A stretch of 64,000 nt of DNA from Octopus sinensis. Taxonomy: Eukaryota. Positions within the stretch are counted from its first letter, which is position 1. Each line of letters starts with the position of its first letter. Below, in pieces: positions 25,451-37,669 of this stretch. The translations under genes were made by a program, and so were the position numbers. A model generated the notes under the pieces. The model saw only the letters and a list, made by a program, of their open reading frames with translations. It was not told the DNA's origin and searched no databases. The DNA lies in the NCBI RefSeq assembly GCF_006345805.1, contig NC_043000.1, forward strand, positions 22,630,001 through 22,694,000. Direction: 5' to 3'.

Positions 25451-25696
25451 CTGGTCCACCAAAACCTTCAAAACCAATAAAAACAATACTTATCGTGATT
25501 GGTTTAATCACAGCATTCATCCTTGCGGGTTGTGGATTTCTATACAAATGCTATCTGATGCAACGAGCACGTTGGCAAGAATCTACATCAGTGCTAGACG
25601 TGCATGAATACTCAACGCCCAGAGTAAGGCACAGGTTTCCAGGTATGAACCATCCCAGGAATGCAAATAATGTTGGCACGCAAACTCTTATGAATG
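25451..25696 (+). CDS. Transmembrane and juxtamembrane exon (GPPKPSKPIKTILIVIGLITAFILAGCGFLYKCYLMQR...TLMN)
   Basis: Acceptor ttttcctcag| and donor AATG|GTGAGT (phase 1-1). A hydrophobic stretch of about 21 aa is followed by basic and Cys residues. Confidence 0.8.
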
Positions 25697-26383
25697 GTGA
25701 GTCCTGCATGTGGTATGTCTGTGTGTAATTGTGATCAAATGTCGACTGTTCTGTTTGGGGGGGGGGGCATGCTTATTCATTCAAGTAAAATGGGATAAAA
25801 AGAGATGGTCTTTGGCAGAAAAAAAAACAACATTTCTTTGCTAATTTTTCCCTCCAACTGTTGCTTTTCCTCAACTCCAACAACCGGTTATTGGTTATCT
25901 ATTTATACATAGTATTTACTGTTCAATCATTTTTAATCTTTGTTGATTATATTTGGCCAGCTTGGCACTGTTTTTCTTGGCATGCAGTGAAATTAACAAT
26001 TTGATAGAGGACTTTCACTTATTGTCGACTCTGTTAATAAAACAGATGCTATTTTTACAATGAGATGAAAATGCTTTGTGGGAAAACCTTCTTGCCAACT
26101 ATTATTCCAAATCATAGCTTTAAAAATAAAAGTCTATATTAAGCAAAAAAAAAAAAGGAAATCAGATTTTGTTACTTTATTGTTAGCTTGTATGTGTAAA
26201 GAGTTTGTTGATTGTGTGTTTGTGCTTAAGTGCTCCATCTTGTATATGTTACCTAAGCTGTATCTACAACAAAGTAATACTTTGGGTTGCCTTGGTCAGC
26301 TGTCGTTTAGGAAAGTAATAAAATGTAGATTTAATTTTTGGATTTGGTTTGCAAGATTCTTTATATGAGTTCGTGTGTTGAAG

Positions 26384-26640
26384 CATATTCTGTTGTGTCT
26401 GGGGAGAGTCATTTTCTTTTTGTGCCTTATAATGTAACACACTCACTGGTAAAATTTCCACTTTTTTCTTATTTTTATTTTCCTAAAATTTTTTAGAGAG
26501 TCAAAACTATTGAAAAGGTTGCAAGACGCAACGAAAATTTTAGGAAAATAAAAATAAAAAAGTGGAAATTTTACCAGTGAGTGTGTTAAATTATAAGGCA
26601 CAAAAATAAAATAACTCTTCCCAGACACAACAGAAAATGT
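26384..26640. repeat. Long inverted-repeat element; a related deleted copy lies at 18977-19185
   Basis: ttctgttgtgtctggg...cactggtaaaatttccac / gtggaaattttaccagtg...cccagacacaacagaa. Confidence 0.75.
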
Positions 26641-27299
26641 AGATTACTTCAATTTAAAAATTCAGTCATTATTTTTAACTGAAATTCCAGTTTTTATTGC
26701 GACCGTCTCCATAAACTGAGAATATGTAAATCCCTCAGTGAAAGGAATTTGATTAATTCATCAAACATGTATTCCTATATCAAATTAGTCTTTTATTGTT
26801 GTTTAGTCTCAAGTCTACCCTGATGAAGCAGGCCTCTAATTAAAGGTGTTCTACCAATGGTTGTTCCATCTTTTTCTTTACCTAGACCTACATTGTCCAA
26901 GTCTCCTTCCTGTCTATTTTTTCCTTAAATAGTATGGTGTGATGTGAGGCAGGTTTAGCTGCTATTTCTAGCTTTTCAAGCAATCACATAGAGGCTGACA
27001 GTTGGCTTGTTCACTTCTTGTTTTAATGAATTAGGTAAGGCTTCTAAATTTGTTAAGTACATTTAAAGCCATGGTGAACATTAGGAGTTCTCATGCTTGA
27101 AAACAAGAAGGAAATCCATCTCTAGATAAGCACTGATTGTAATAGTAGGTTTAGCTTTAATGTTGCCAGTATCTCGTCAGCAATCTCTTCCACTCAGATT
27201 CATTGGGCTCATCAGTGCATAAAAAAAAACTTAACTTTTTCTATCTCTAATGCTTTCAGTAGTTATGAATGAAACCTGAACACCTCTTTCCTCACCAGC

Positions 27300-27349
27300 A
27301 TTGCAATATGTATATGTATGTGTATATATATATATATATATAATATATA

Positions 27350-27387
<38 letters not shown>

Positions 27388-27624
27388 TATATATAGCTGT
27401 GTGTGTGTGTGTGTGTATATATATATGTGTGTGTATATATATATGTATATATATATATGTGTATATGTATATATGTGTATATATATATATATATATATGA
27501 TGTATGTATGTATGTATGTATGTATGTATAGATATATATATGTATCTATGTATAGATATATATATGTATGTATAAATATATATATATGTATGTATAGATA
27601 TATATATATGTATGTATATGTATG

Positions 27625-27661
<37 letters not shown>

Positions 27662-28026
27662 GTATGTGTATATATGTATAGATAGATGTATATATATATA
27701 TATATATTTATAGATATATATGTATATATATATGTGTGTATAGATATATATATATGTGTGTGTGTATATGTATATATGTGTATAGATATATATATATATG
27801 TGTGTGTGTATATGTATATATATGTATAGATATATATATATGTATGTATAGATACATACACATATATATATATACATATATGTATGTATATATAGATATA
27901 TATGTGTGTGTATGTATATATATATATATTATATATATATATGTGTGTGTGTATATATATATATATATAATATATATATATATGTGTGTGTGTATATATA
28001 TATATATAGATAAGTCTCTATATATA

Positions 28027-28065
<39 letters not shown>

Positions 28066-28291
28066 GTATATATATATATGTATGTATAGATATATATATA
28101 GATAAAAGATAAAAATGTGTATATAGATATGTATATATATGTGTGTGTGTGTATATACACATACACACACACACATATATATATACATATATGTATGTAT
28201 ATATAGATATATATGTGTGTGTATGTATATATATATATAGATATATATGTGTGTGTGTATATATATATATATAGATAAGTCTCTATATATA

Positions 28292-28330
<39 letters not shown>

Positions 28331-28470
28331 GTATATATATATATGTATGTATAGATATATATATAGATAAAAGATAAAAATGTGTATATAGATATGTATA
28401 TATATGTGTGTGTGTGTATATACACATACACACACACACATATATATATATATACATATACATATATCAT
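27300..28470. repeat. Compound (TA)/(TG)/(TAGA) microsatellite block with an internal ~265-bp duplication
   Basis: gataagtctc...gataaaagataaaaatgtg occurs twice (~28009 and ~28274). Confidence 0.9.
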
Positions 28471-29751
28471 AAATTCCATTACAGTGTTCCACAATGGCAA
28501 ACCTCTGTGGATGCTTTCTACAGTCTCCTAAGATTTGTCTAAATGAACAGAGCCTATTTATTTATTTTAGCTATCTGAAGCTCATGACTTAACAGTTAGT
28601 AAGTTCAACACTACATTAGACGCATGTTTCTGCTTCATTGAACTTCTTTGCCAGTGTATAGCCTCACTGTAACTTGTTGAAGATAAGTAAATATACAGAA
28701 ATATATATTTGTTTGTGTAGAAAATTGGAATTGCTTTGATAATAAATAATTCTGAGATGCCATCTGTATGATCAACAATAGGTATGAGCTAATGAGAGAG
28801 GGAGGGAGGGAGAGAGAGAGGGGAAGAGGAAAGAGGCAGAGGGAGGGGGAGGGAAAGTGCATTTATGTGATCATTGAACCTGCTAGAAATAACTGGTAAA
28901 TCTCTTCACCCAATCATCTTGAAAAAGAGAAGTTTATATTGGATAATGTAGTCATGGATACATTGAGCTTAGAAATGAGATGGAATGGTCATGGTTGGAA
29001 TGTCTTTGATCGTAAGTTTCCTCAATCAAGACTGACCATAGGTTAAACCACAATAGCAACTGTTGATGAATGATTGTCATCATGGTTAATGCAATGTCGA
29101 ACTGTTGGCTGTTAAGTCTTGTGCGTTCTGGATTTCCTACTAACTTATCTTCTGTTTTTTCATGCTGATGGAATCCCTGAGTAATTTCTCTCAGTAATTT
29201 ATTTTCTGAAGTCTTGATAGTAATGCCTAGTTGTGTATATATACCTAGTTATTTTATCATCACTACTTATTAGACAAGTATGATGAAGTCTGTGTTTTAT
29301 TGAAGAGGTCAAGTAAGATTAAAACATGTTTACAGTTGTCTCCCATACTTGCTAGAATAATAAAAATATTAACCATTAAAATTGCCTTTTCTTCACCACA
29401 TAATTATTTCTAATTCACTTTTCAATGCTCACTATGTTAAATATGTTAGCTTAATAATCAAGTTATAATTTTTTTATATAGTTTTACATTATATTGTTTA
29501 GTGCTGGTATAAAGCTCTGATGATGGGTACCATGTAAAAAGCACCCAGTACACTCTCTAAAGTGGTTGGCATTATAAAGGGCGCCCAGGTATAGAAACCA
29601 TGCTAAAACAGACAACTGGTGCCTGGTGCAGCTGTCTGGCTGGTCAGTTTTAGTCATACCATCCAAATGGTGGTGGTGGTGGTGGTGGTGGTGGTGGGTT
29701 TGTTGGTGGCGGTGGTGGTGGGTTTGTTGGTGGCGGTGGTTTATCATCATC

Positions 29752-30296
29752 ATCATTATTATTTCCTCGTAACACAGTATACGTAATAATGCACCAGAAT
29801 CTTTAGTCATCTGTCATGTCACAACAAGGACCTCAAACAGATAATACTTTCCTTAAGATGTGCGCTGTGCCCAATAAGGCTGCTTTTTGCAAGACATCCT
29901 TCTTGCTTGCGATTTTCAGTTGCCTTAAGGAGTTTTGAAGTTTCAATGGGATTGAGTCCAACACTCTGATCACCACTTTTACATTACTCTCTCACATTCC
30001 ATACAGTCTTGCCATTTCCTCTTTCAATTCGGAGTACTTGGTGATTTTTTTCAACCTCTTTACTCACAACATTCATGTCATTTGGTATGACTATATCAAT
30101 GATCTGACAGTATTTGTCTCACTTATTCAATATGACAATATCCGGCTGACGATGTTCGATTACACGATCCGTCTGAAAATCATAGTCCCAGAGTATCGTT
30201 ACTTTTCCATCCTCCTGCATAACTTTACTTGGTACATGCTCATACCAGTTCTCTGTTACTTCATATTGATATTTACTGTTCTTATGCCACAAATAC

Positions 30297-30297
<1 letters not shown>
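29752..30297 (-). mobile_element. R4/Dong-like non-LTR retrotransposon 3' fragment (restriction-like endonuclease domain)
   Basis: Manual translation of the minus strand gives NWYEHVPSKV...ILWDYDFQTDRVIEHRQPDIVILNK*..IIDIVIPND...ITKYSEL...LQKAALLGTAHILRKVL, a PD-D-K motif with stops and frameshifts. It abuts (TAA)n. Confidence 0.85.
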
Positions 30298-30336
<39 letters not shown>

Positions 30337-31489
30337 CATAAACAGGCAGTGAATTGGCAGAGTCATTAGAACATCAGACAAAATTACCATGCAATATTTC
30401 TTCTGGCTTTTTACATTCTGAGTTCAAATCCCACTGAAGCCAACTGTGCTTTTCATGCTTTTGAGGGTTGATAAAGTAAAGCAGCAGACAAGTAAATGGA
30501 TACTAGAGATTAACTAATCTTCTCCGCAAATTTCAGCACCTTGTGCCAATGTTAGAGCATTTATTTATGCATGAGAAGTGAATTGGTGGAAGAGGCTGGG
30601 GCTCAGTTTGAGCTTCTGAAAGGAGAACATGGCAGAAAAGGAGCTCCAGCATGATGCTGCTCAAAAAATGAAGTTAATACTCAAACTGCCTCAGTCATCC
30701 TGGTCAAAAATAGGTACCACACTCATAGAAAAGTTGAGTAGTTCAGGGTTAGAAAAAGAATCCATCTACCATTTGTAAACTTATCCAGCTTCCAGTTTAC
30801 ATGATCCAGAAAGACATGGATGTATTACAAATGGAAGAATTCAATATTTTCTTCAGTTGTGTGAGACAACAGGACATTCTTTGGATGTTCATATTTTTAT
30901 ACTACTGTTATGGTGCCTAAAGTATACTTAAAATATTCTTTGAATGTATCTAAATAAAATTCACAGAACATTTCAAGACTATTTTGGAGATTAATTAGTG
31001 GAGATTAGAACAAATTAATTGCAAGTTAGACTCATGAACTAACTTGACTTTCTAAATTAGGATGTTTATTGAAAGGAAATACATATCAGATTCTTAAAGG
31101 ACAGAGACACAAATTAATTTTAAGTATTTATTTTTTAACATCTTTTTTTTTTTGGTGTAGAAGTGATGAAGCACTTTCTGTTATAAATTAGAGTAAGAAG
31201 ATATTTGGTAACTTTGTATGGTAGACTTTAGTTTCCATCCAGTTTAACATCACCACTTGGGCCGTAAGTGGCTTTTAGTGGAGTCCACTCTGTTATAAGC
31301 ATACAACTCAAGTCTCCTGTCTGATAATAATCTCCTTCATTCCTCATATCAGTCTTGGAGGTCCTATAAAAGAAGGTCTTATGGTACCGATTTCTTCCCC
31401 ACTTAACCATTATATGAATTATCAAAGAGAAATTAACTCATCATTAGGATATATTTCACCAGAGAATCTTTCAATAGTTTAAAATATTC

Positions 31490-31922
31490 TTTTCTACTCT
31501 AGGCACAAGAAATTTGGGGGCGGGGGGGGGGGGGGTAGTCGATTAGATCGACCACAATATGTAACTGGTACTTAATTTACCAACCCCGAAAGGATGAAAG
31601 GCAAGGTCAACTTTGGCGGAATTTGAACTCAGGACGTAAATACAGACGAAATACTGCTAAGCATTTCACCCAGCATGCTAAAGTTTCTTATTTCTTTATT
31701 GCTCACAAGGGGCTAAACATAGAGGGGACAAACAAGGACAGACAAAGGAATTAAGTCAATTACATCGACCCCAGTGCGTAGCTGGTACTTAATTTATCGA
31801 CCCTGAAAGGATGAAAGGCAAAGTCGACCTCGGTGGAATTTGAACTCAGAACGTAACGGCAGACGAAATACCGCTAAGCATTTTGGCCGGCATGCTAATG
31901 TTTCTGCCAGCTTGCCACCTTA
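31490..31922 (-). mobile_element. Two nested or tandem SINE family B copies
   Basis: Two aaggatgaaaggcaa cores, flanked by repeated aatagtttaaaatat. Confidence 0.75.
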
Positions 31923-32623
31923 AATAGTTTAAAATATCATAAGTACTCTAGGGTATCGATTTCCTCCTGACTTAGCCATTACATAAATTATCAAAGAGAA
32001 ATTAGCTCATCGTTAGGATATATTTCACCAGAGTATCTTTCAATAGTTTAAAATATTATAAGTGCTCTAGTGCAGTGATGCACAACTTGGTTAATACCAA
32101 AGTTTTGGCATTGATCAGTGAAATTTATGTCCTTTATTTGTTGTTGTTGTTGCATGATGCAATCGAATGCATATTTATGTTTGGTGGCCCATGGAGTTTA
32201 CCTAATGAAATTTGTGAACCACTTTCTGAATATGTTGTGTGTCTCTGATGAAGAGTTTCCAGTAATCTTAACCTTTTGCCAGCTTTTGCACTATTGCCTT
32301 GCTCTTGTCTGCCATCCTAGCAATAGAATGGCCCTGGCGAAGGTCATTTTATTGCTAGAATTTGGACCATGAGATATGTGTTACTCCTTCCTTTCATTAA
32401 TCAATCTTGGAATGCCTACAAAAGGATTATGTGCACAGCTCTTCTTTAATTCTTTAGCTTTTAAACCAGTCATATCCAGCGCAAATATTCTTCCTGTTTT
32501 ATGTTTAAATCACCTAGATCCATCCTTTCACATCTACCCTGCTATGTCATTCTAAAAATAACAGTCAGATCATCAAAATCTTAAAGCTACAGCATAATGC
32601 ATAATTAACTCCAAACAATGTGA

Positions 32624-33172
32624 GATCTCTGGAGATATGCTGTGACTGCGAAGACCTGACAAATAACGTGAGTTTATGGCTGTTTCCTGCACTGGCTTCA
32701 CATAGCAGCCCCAGCCCATCCAAAGTACCTTGGATTGCAGGATGGCCTGCTGTGCTTACCTTGAATCATAGGGTGACCTGCTGTGCTTGAGGAGACCTAT
32801 TGAGTCAAGTACATCAACAGCAAAATAAAAATCAAATGGAAATTATAGTTGTGACACCTGTGCCGCTGGTACATAAAAAGCAGCATCTGAACGTGGCCGA
32901 TGCCAGCACTGCCTTGACTGGCTTCCATGCCAGTGGCACGTAAAAAGCACCAACCGATCGTGGCCATTACCAGCCTTCCCTAGCACCTGTGCCGGTGGCA
33001 CGTAAAAAGCACCCACTACACTCACAGAATGGTTGGCATTAGGAAGGACATCCAGCTGTAGAAACACTGCCAGATCAGACTGGAGCCTGGTGCAGCCTCC
33101 TGGATTCCCAGACCCTGGTCGAACCGTCCAACCTATGCTAGCATGGAAAACGGACGTTAAACGATGATGATG
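32624..33172 (+). mobile_element. RTE 3' end (last ORF codons DLWRYAV + 3'UTR) inserted into a MITE
   Basis: gatctctggagatatgctgtg parallels the ORF end at 14314-14340. TSD-like aatgtga/aatgtca at 32617-32623 and 33173-33179. Confidence 0.8.
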
Positions 33173-33488
33173 AATGTCAATAAATAAGCATTACATTTGG
33201 CTGAGTAACCAGAATGCTAAAGAGTTAAGCCATGAAAAAACAAAACAAGCAAAAAATCCTCCGCTTATGTAGTTTTAACCATAATAGCTTAGCTTTTTCA
33301 TTTCTCTTATTCTGCTAATGTCCCCAGGAAAGGCATGTATGTGATACTTCTAAAATATAGAGACAGTGTGAGATATCTATAAATGCCATCCTGTCTCATT
33401 CATAGGAATTGAAATGAGAACTGAGCACCACTGAGCCAAATATGCTCAATGAAGCTGTAAGTTTGTCCTCTCACATGATTTAACCCCT

Positions 33489-33722
33489 TATTTCTTTATT
33501 GCCCACAAGGGGCTAAACGTAGAGGGGACAAACAAAGACAGACAAAAGGATTAAGTTGATTACATCGACCCCAGTGCATATCTGGTACTTAATTTATCGA
33601 CCCCGAAAGGATGAAAGGCAAAGTCGACCTCAACAGAAATTGAACTCAGAACGTAATGGCAGACGAAATACCGCTAAGCATTTCACTGAGCGTGCTAACG
33701 TTTCTACTAGCTTGCTCCCTTA
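33489..33722 (-). mobile_element. SINE family B copy
   Basis: Reverse complement of the family B consensus. Confidence 0.8.
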
Positions 33723-33774
33723 TTTAACCCCATGATTTAACCCCTTAGCATTCAGATTACTCTGTCAAATGTAA

Positions 33775-33825
33775 TCATCATCATCATCGTTTAACGTCCG
33801 TTTTCCGCGCTAGCACGGGTTGGAC
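33775..33825 (-). mobile_element. ~50-bp terminal stub of an RTE LINE with (GAT)n tail, fused to the pre-tRNA
   Basis: gtccaacccgtgctagcgcggaaaacggacgttaaacgatgatgatg matches other RTE tails, e.g. 33126-33172. Confidence 0.85.
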
Positions 33826-33837
33826 AAAAAAGATGCT

Positions 33838-33944
33838 TGTCAGAAGTGGGATTCAAACCCACGCCCACATACGTGGACCAGAATACTCATTGTTCTGGTT
33901 AAGGATATTATCCTTGAGTCTGGCGCCTTAGACCACTCGGCCAT
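33838..33944 (-). pseudogene. Intron-containing tRNA-Leu(CAA) pseudogene lacking the first ~6 nt
   Basis: Minus strand reads ATGGCCGAGTGGTCTAAGGCGCCAGACTCAAG-[29-nt intron, 33884-33912]-TTCTGGTCCACGTATGTGGGCGTGGGTTTGAATCCCACTTCTGACA, then trailer AGCATC and T6. The 5' acceptor strand is missing and the T-loop has a C>T change. Confidence 0.9.
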
Positions 33945-35619
33945 TGAATTAAACCTGCATCATCTCATAGCTTCAAGATTTCGATGATAATTTTGTTTAA
34001 GTTTAGAATGGCATTGTAGGTTGTGTGTGAGAGGCTAGCCCTGGCTGGTTTGAATGTAAAACAGGTGGAAAATTTGGGCCAGATATGGCCAGCTTAAATG
34101 CTGAAGAGTTAATTCATATAAAAACGTTGGGTGTTGGGGTGTTGCAGGAAACGTGGTTCCTTCTGCTTTTAACTGTAATGAACTCAGTCACAAGCTGTTT
34201 TATTTTTATATCTACTCTAAATAGACTTTAATAATTGGACTTCTGCATCATGGTAACACTGCTCCGTGTGTAGATCTATGTGTGTGTGTGTGTATGTGCA
34301 TTTTGTAGTAGTAGTAGTAGTAGTTGTTGTAGTAGCTATAAAAGTAGTAACAGTAGTTGTAGTGCTACTGCAATGTTGCATGTTTGGGGACAAAATTTCT
34401 TGGAATGCACAGTATGCAAGCTCAATCTAACATGAACCTCTTTCTTCTTCTTCTCCTCTTCCATCATTGTCTTGATTGGCATTTCCTGTTGGATTTCGTA
34501 TGTATTTCTTATCTTAATAATGGCAAAACTCAAATTTCTTTCTTTCCTTTCCTTTTTTTTTTTGTTTTGTTTTGTTTCGTTCTTGTTTCTCTTTCCTCTG
34601 ATGCTATTTTAAAAATAACCTGCTGATGTATGTGACTAATAAGATCAAATCCATTTCACTTGTTGACATGGTAACATGTTAATGGAAATTTCTCTATCTT
34701 CAGCAATTATTTTTTTTCTTCTTTTCAATATTATTTCATTTCAGTAACTTTCATTAAAATCAATTTTATATTTAAAAATGAAAAGCAAACAAAACAAAGT
34801 ATTTCTTTTAATTTTTTTTTTTTTTGTTATTCATGTTATTTTTATTCACCTGCTTTCAGTTTTCACTATTTATTTTCCCATTGTTTACACATTCTTTCCT
34901 ATTGTCAGACATTATCTATATTCCCTGTCATCCTACATTTATATATTGAAGAATAATTTTAGCTTTTCTCACGTCTCTTCTCTCTTACTGATTAATCATG
35001 CTTATTTCTTGTGAGACATATAAGCCAAGTGTAGGTGTTTAACATCCACCACTGTTTGGCTGTTTCATGCTTAAAGCACATTAAGGGATTAATAAAAAGA
35101 AGAAATAGGAATTCAGAAGATAACTGTAGTACGAATTTGAGTGGAAATTAATGTCGGCTTCTGTTGCTGGATATAAATTAAGATGACAATATCTATAAGT
35201 GGCAAGCTCTCTGATCGAAATATACTGTGATATACTGTTAATTGAGATCAGAGGAATGACTCCAAATATTGAAGTATATTAAAGAAAGAGCGAGAGAGAG
35301 AGAGAGAGAGAGAAAATTTTTATCCTTTCTTTGAACATTTGCTATTGTTGTTACAGTTATTTGTAATTCTGTTGTTGTTGTTGTTGCTGTTTAGCCTGAA
35401 GTCAGCCTTGATAGAGCAGACCCATTATATGATCAGTTTTCCTACTGACATAGTTTATCTAGGAGTACAATGTGTCCTTACTTTTTTTTTTTTTGTTAAA
35501 GATAGTAGGATTCGAAGGAGATTTAACTGTTATTTCTAGCAGGTTAGACAATCATTTAAAGACTTCTCTGTTGGAGGAGAGAGAGGGGGGGAGATAGATA
35601 GATAGAGAGAGAGAGCAAT

Positions 35620-35653
<34 letters not shown>

Positions 35654-35657
35654 CAAT

Positions 35658-35692
<35 letters not shown>

Positions 35693-36267
35693 TAGGTAGA
35701 GGGAGAGATAGAGAGATAGATAGAGAGAGAGAAAGAGATAGAGAGAGATAGATAGAGAGTGAGATAGATAGATAGATAGAGAGAGAGAAAGAGATAGAGA
35801 GAGATAGATAGAGAGTGAGATAGATAGAGAGAGAAAGAGAAGGCTCCTGAGAATAATTTTCTTGGTTGCTTTGAAGATTTACTATTGTTGTTGTAGCTAT
35901 TTTCATATCTAGTATTGTTGCTTAGCTCTAAGCCAGCTTTGAGTGAACAGACTGTAATCAAAGACCTTCCATTTGTGTCCATCCCATCTCTTTGTATATC
36001 AGGAACTACATTATTCTATGTGTGTTCCTGTTTTTGTAGGATGGTAGGGCGTGATCTGAGGAAGACTTGGCTGCTATTTCTAGTAATTCAAACATCCACA
36101 TAGAAGTTTCCATTTTAGCTTGATGTTTCTGTTACTCTTGCTGCTGTTTAGCTCCACCCAGCCTTCACTGAGCAGGCATTCTTGTTATGTCCATCTTATC
36201 TTATTTTCAGATGAAGTATATCTTGGACTACATTGTGCATTCTATCTTTAACATTGTTTGGTGTCAC

Positions 36268-36995
36268 TTAGTTAGTTAATTTTTGGGCTCAAAAAGCAAA
36301 AAAAGCAAGGCCATGTAGGGGGACATGAGTTATGTACAGGGTGGTGTTCATGTAAAGAGTTCAGGCCACTTGTGGTCAAGGGAGACTTTGAACCGAGCGG
36401 TCGTCGGCATCTTCACCATCTCGTCTGGCAGCTTATTCCACGGATCCGCAACCCGGACAGAGGAAGCCCCTCTCCTTCGATTGAGATGAAATCGTCGCAG
36501 ATAGAGCTTTTTGGAATGACCCCGCAGCCGATGCTCTGGAGCAGGAGTGAAGAACAGCTCCTTTGAGAGGTTACACTTTCCGCTTATGATGTTGTGAGCA
36601 AGAATGAGATCACCACGGCGGCGTCGTTTTTCTAGAGAATAAAGGTCGAGCGTCTTCAGCCTTTCTTCATAAGACAAATTCTTGAGACCAAGAACCATAC
36701 GGGTAGCCAGCTTCTGGACTCTTTCGAGATGCTGTATGTCCTTGAGGAGATAAGGAGAAGAGGCTTGAATCTCGTACTCCAATATGGGTCTCACCAGCAT
36801 GACATAGAGCGGTAGGAATATGGCTGCTGTGAGCATTCCGAATGACCGTCGAATCAAGAACAGAACTCTGCGTGCTTTGTTGGCAGCATGGACGCACTGG
36901 GCCGAAGGCGAAAAGGAGGAATCCACCAAGATACCCAGGTCCTTTACCTGATCGGTCTTCTCCAGCAGCAGACGACCCGGCTCGAAATCAAGTTG
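36268..36995 (-). mobile_element. CR1-clade LINE, 5'-truncated 3' end
   Basis: ORF 36348-37073 contains KDLGILVD, LVRPILEY, LERVQKLATRM, SYEERLKTLDLYSLEKRRRRGDLI, LRGH and WNKLP. Short 3'UTR and (AACT)n-like tail. Confidence 0.92.
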
Positions 36996-37669
36996 AGATT
37001 TGGCTGCTATTTCTAGACTCCATTGGTTTGTCATTTTGTTGTTGTTGTTTAGCACCAAAGAAGTCCTGATCAAGCAAATTTATGACCAATGGTATTATCA
37101 TACCATCTTTTTTGGTGAATCTAAAATTATAAGATTATAATCTAAGATTATATTATCTCATGTAACTTCCAAATTTAAGATGGTAGTATTTTGTTTGAGA
37201 ATGATTTAACTGTTATTTCTTCTAAATTGATCTGCAACATAAAGGTTCCCTTGAAGACTCATTATCATTTGGGGAACTATGATCAAAAGTGTTGCAACTG
37301 CAGTCACCCATCCTTTTTAAGGGTATTTAAGCCTATGTTACTGCATGTGTCCCTTATTGTTTAAGATGGTGTCATTTGATAGAGATTTGGCTGCTTTTTC
37401 TAGTAGTTTGAGTGACCACTTAGTGGCCTCTTTGTAAATTTGTTGTCTTGTTGTTTAAGCTGGTGTTGACACAAGTTAGTGATATCAAACAAATGAACTC
37501 AACTGTTCTAATAAACTGTCCTATTGTTATAGACAAACAAATATTTGGTGTAATCTTTTAAACTGTTTGTTTGTTTTTTTTTTTTTTATCCTATCCTGTC
37601 TGTGAAAATCTCATTCTCCTTTATTTCTAAATCATACAACATGTAATTCTAGAACTCAACACTCTCAAC

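Larger units (their letters stand above)
33737..34112 (-). mobile_element. TTAA MITE interrupted by the tRNA-RTE chimera
   Basis: Both halves match the intact copy at 52000-52226. About 20 bp are missing at the insertion site. Confidence 0.8.

Noticed and set aside
25413-25607. Alternative-frame ORF (WSTKTFK...) as the main product of the exon
   Set aside because: The other frame gives a clear TM helix and is in phase with the terminal PPxY exon. It is kept only as a possible minor isoform.
27292-28500. Y/I/H/T-rich ORFs up to 251 aa
   Set aside because: Translations of dinucleotide microsatellites.
33838-33950. Functional tRNA-Leu gene
   Set aside because: The 5' acceptor strand is replaced by MITE sequence and the T-loop is mutated, so it cannot form a complete cloverleaf.
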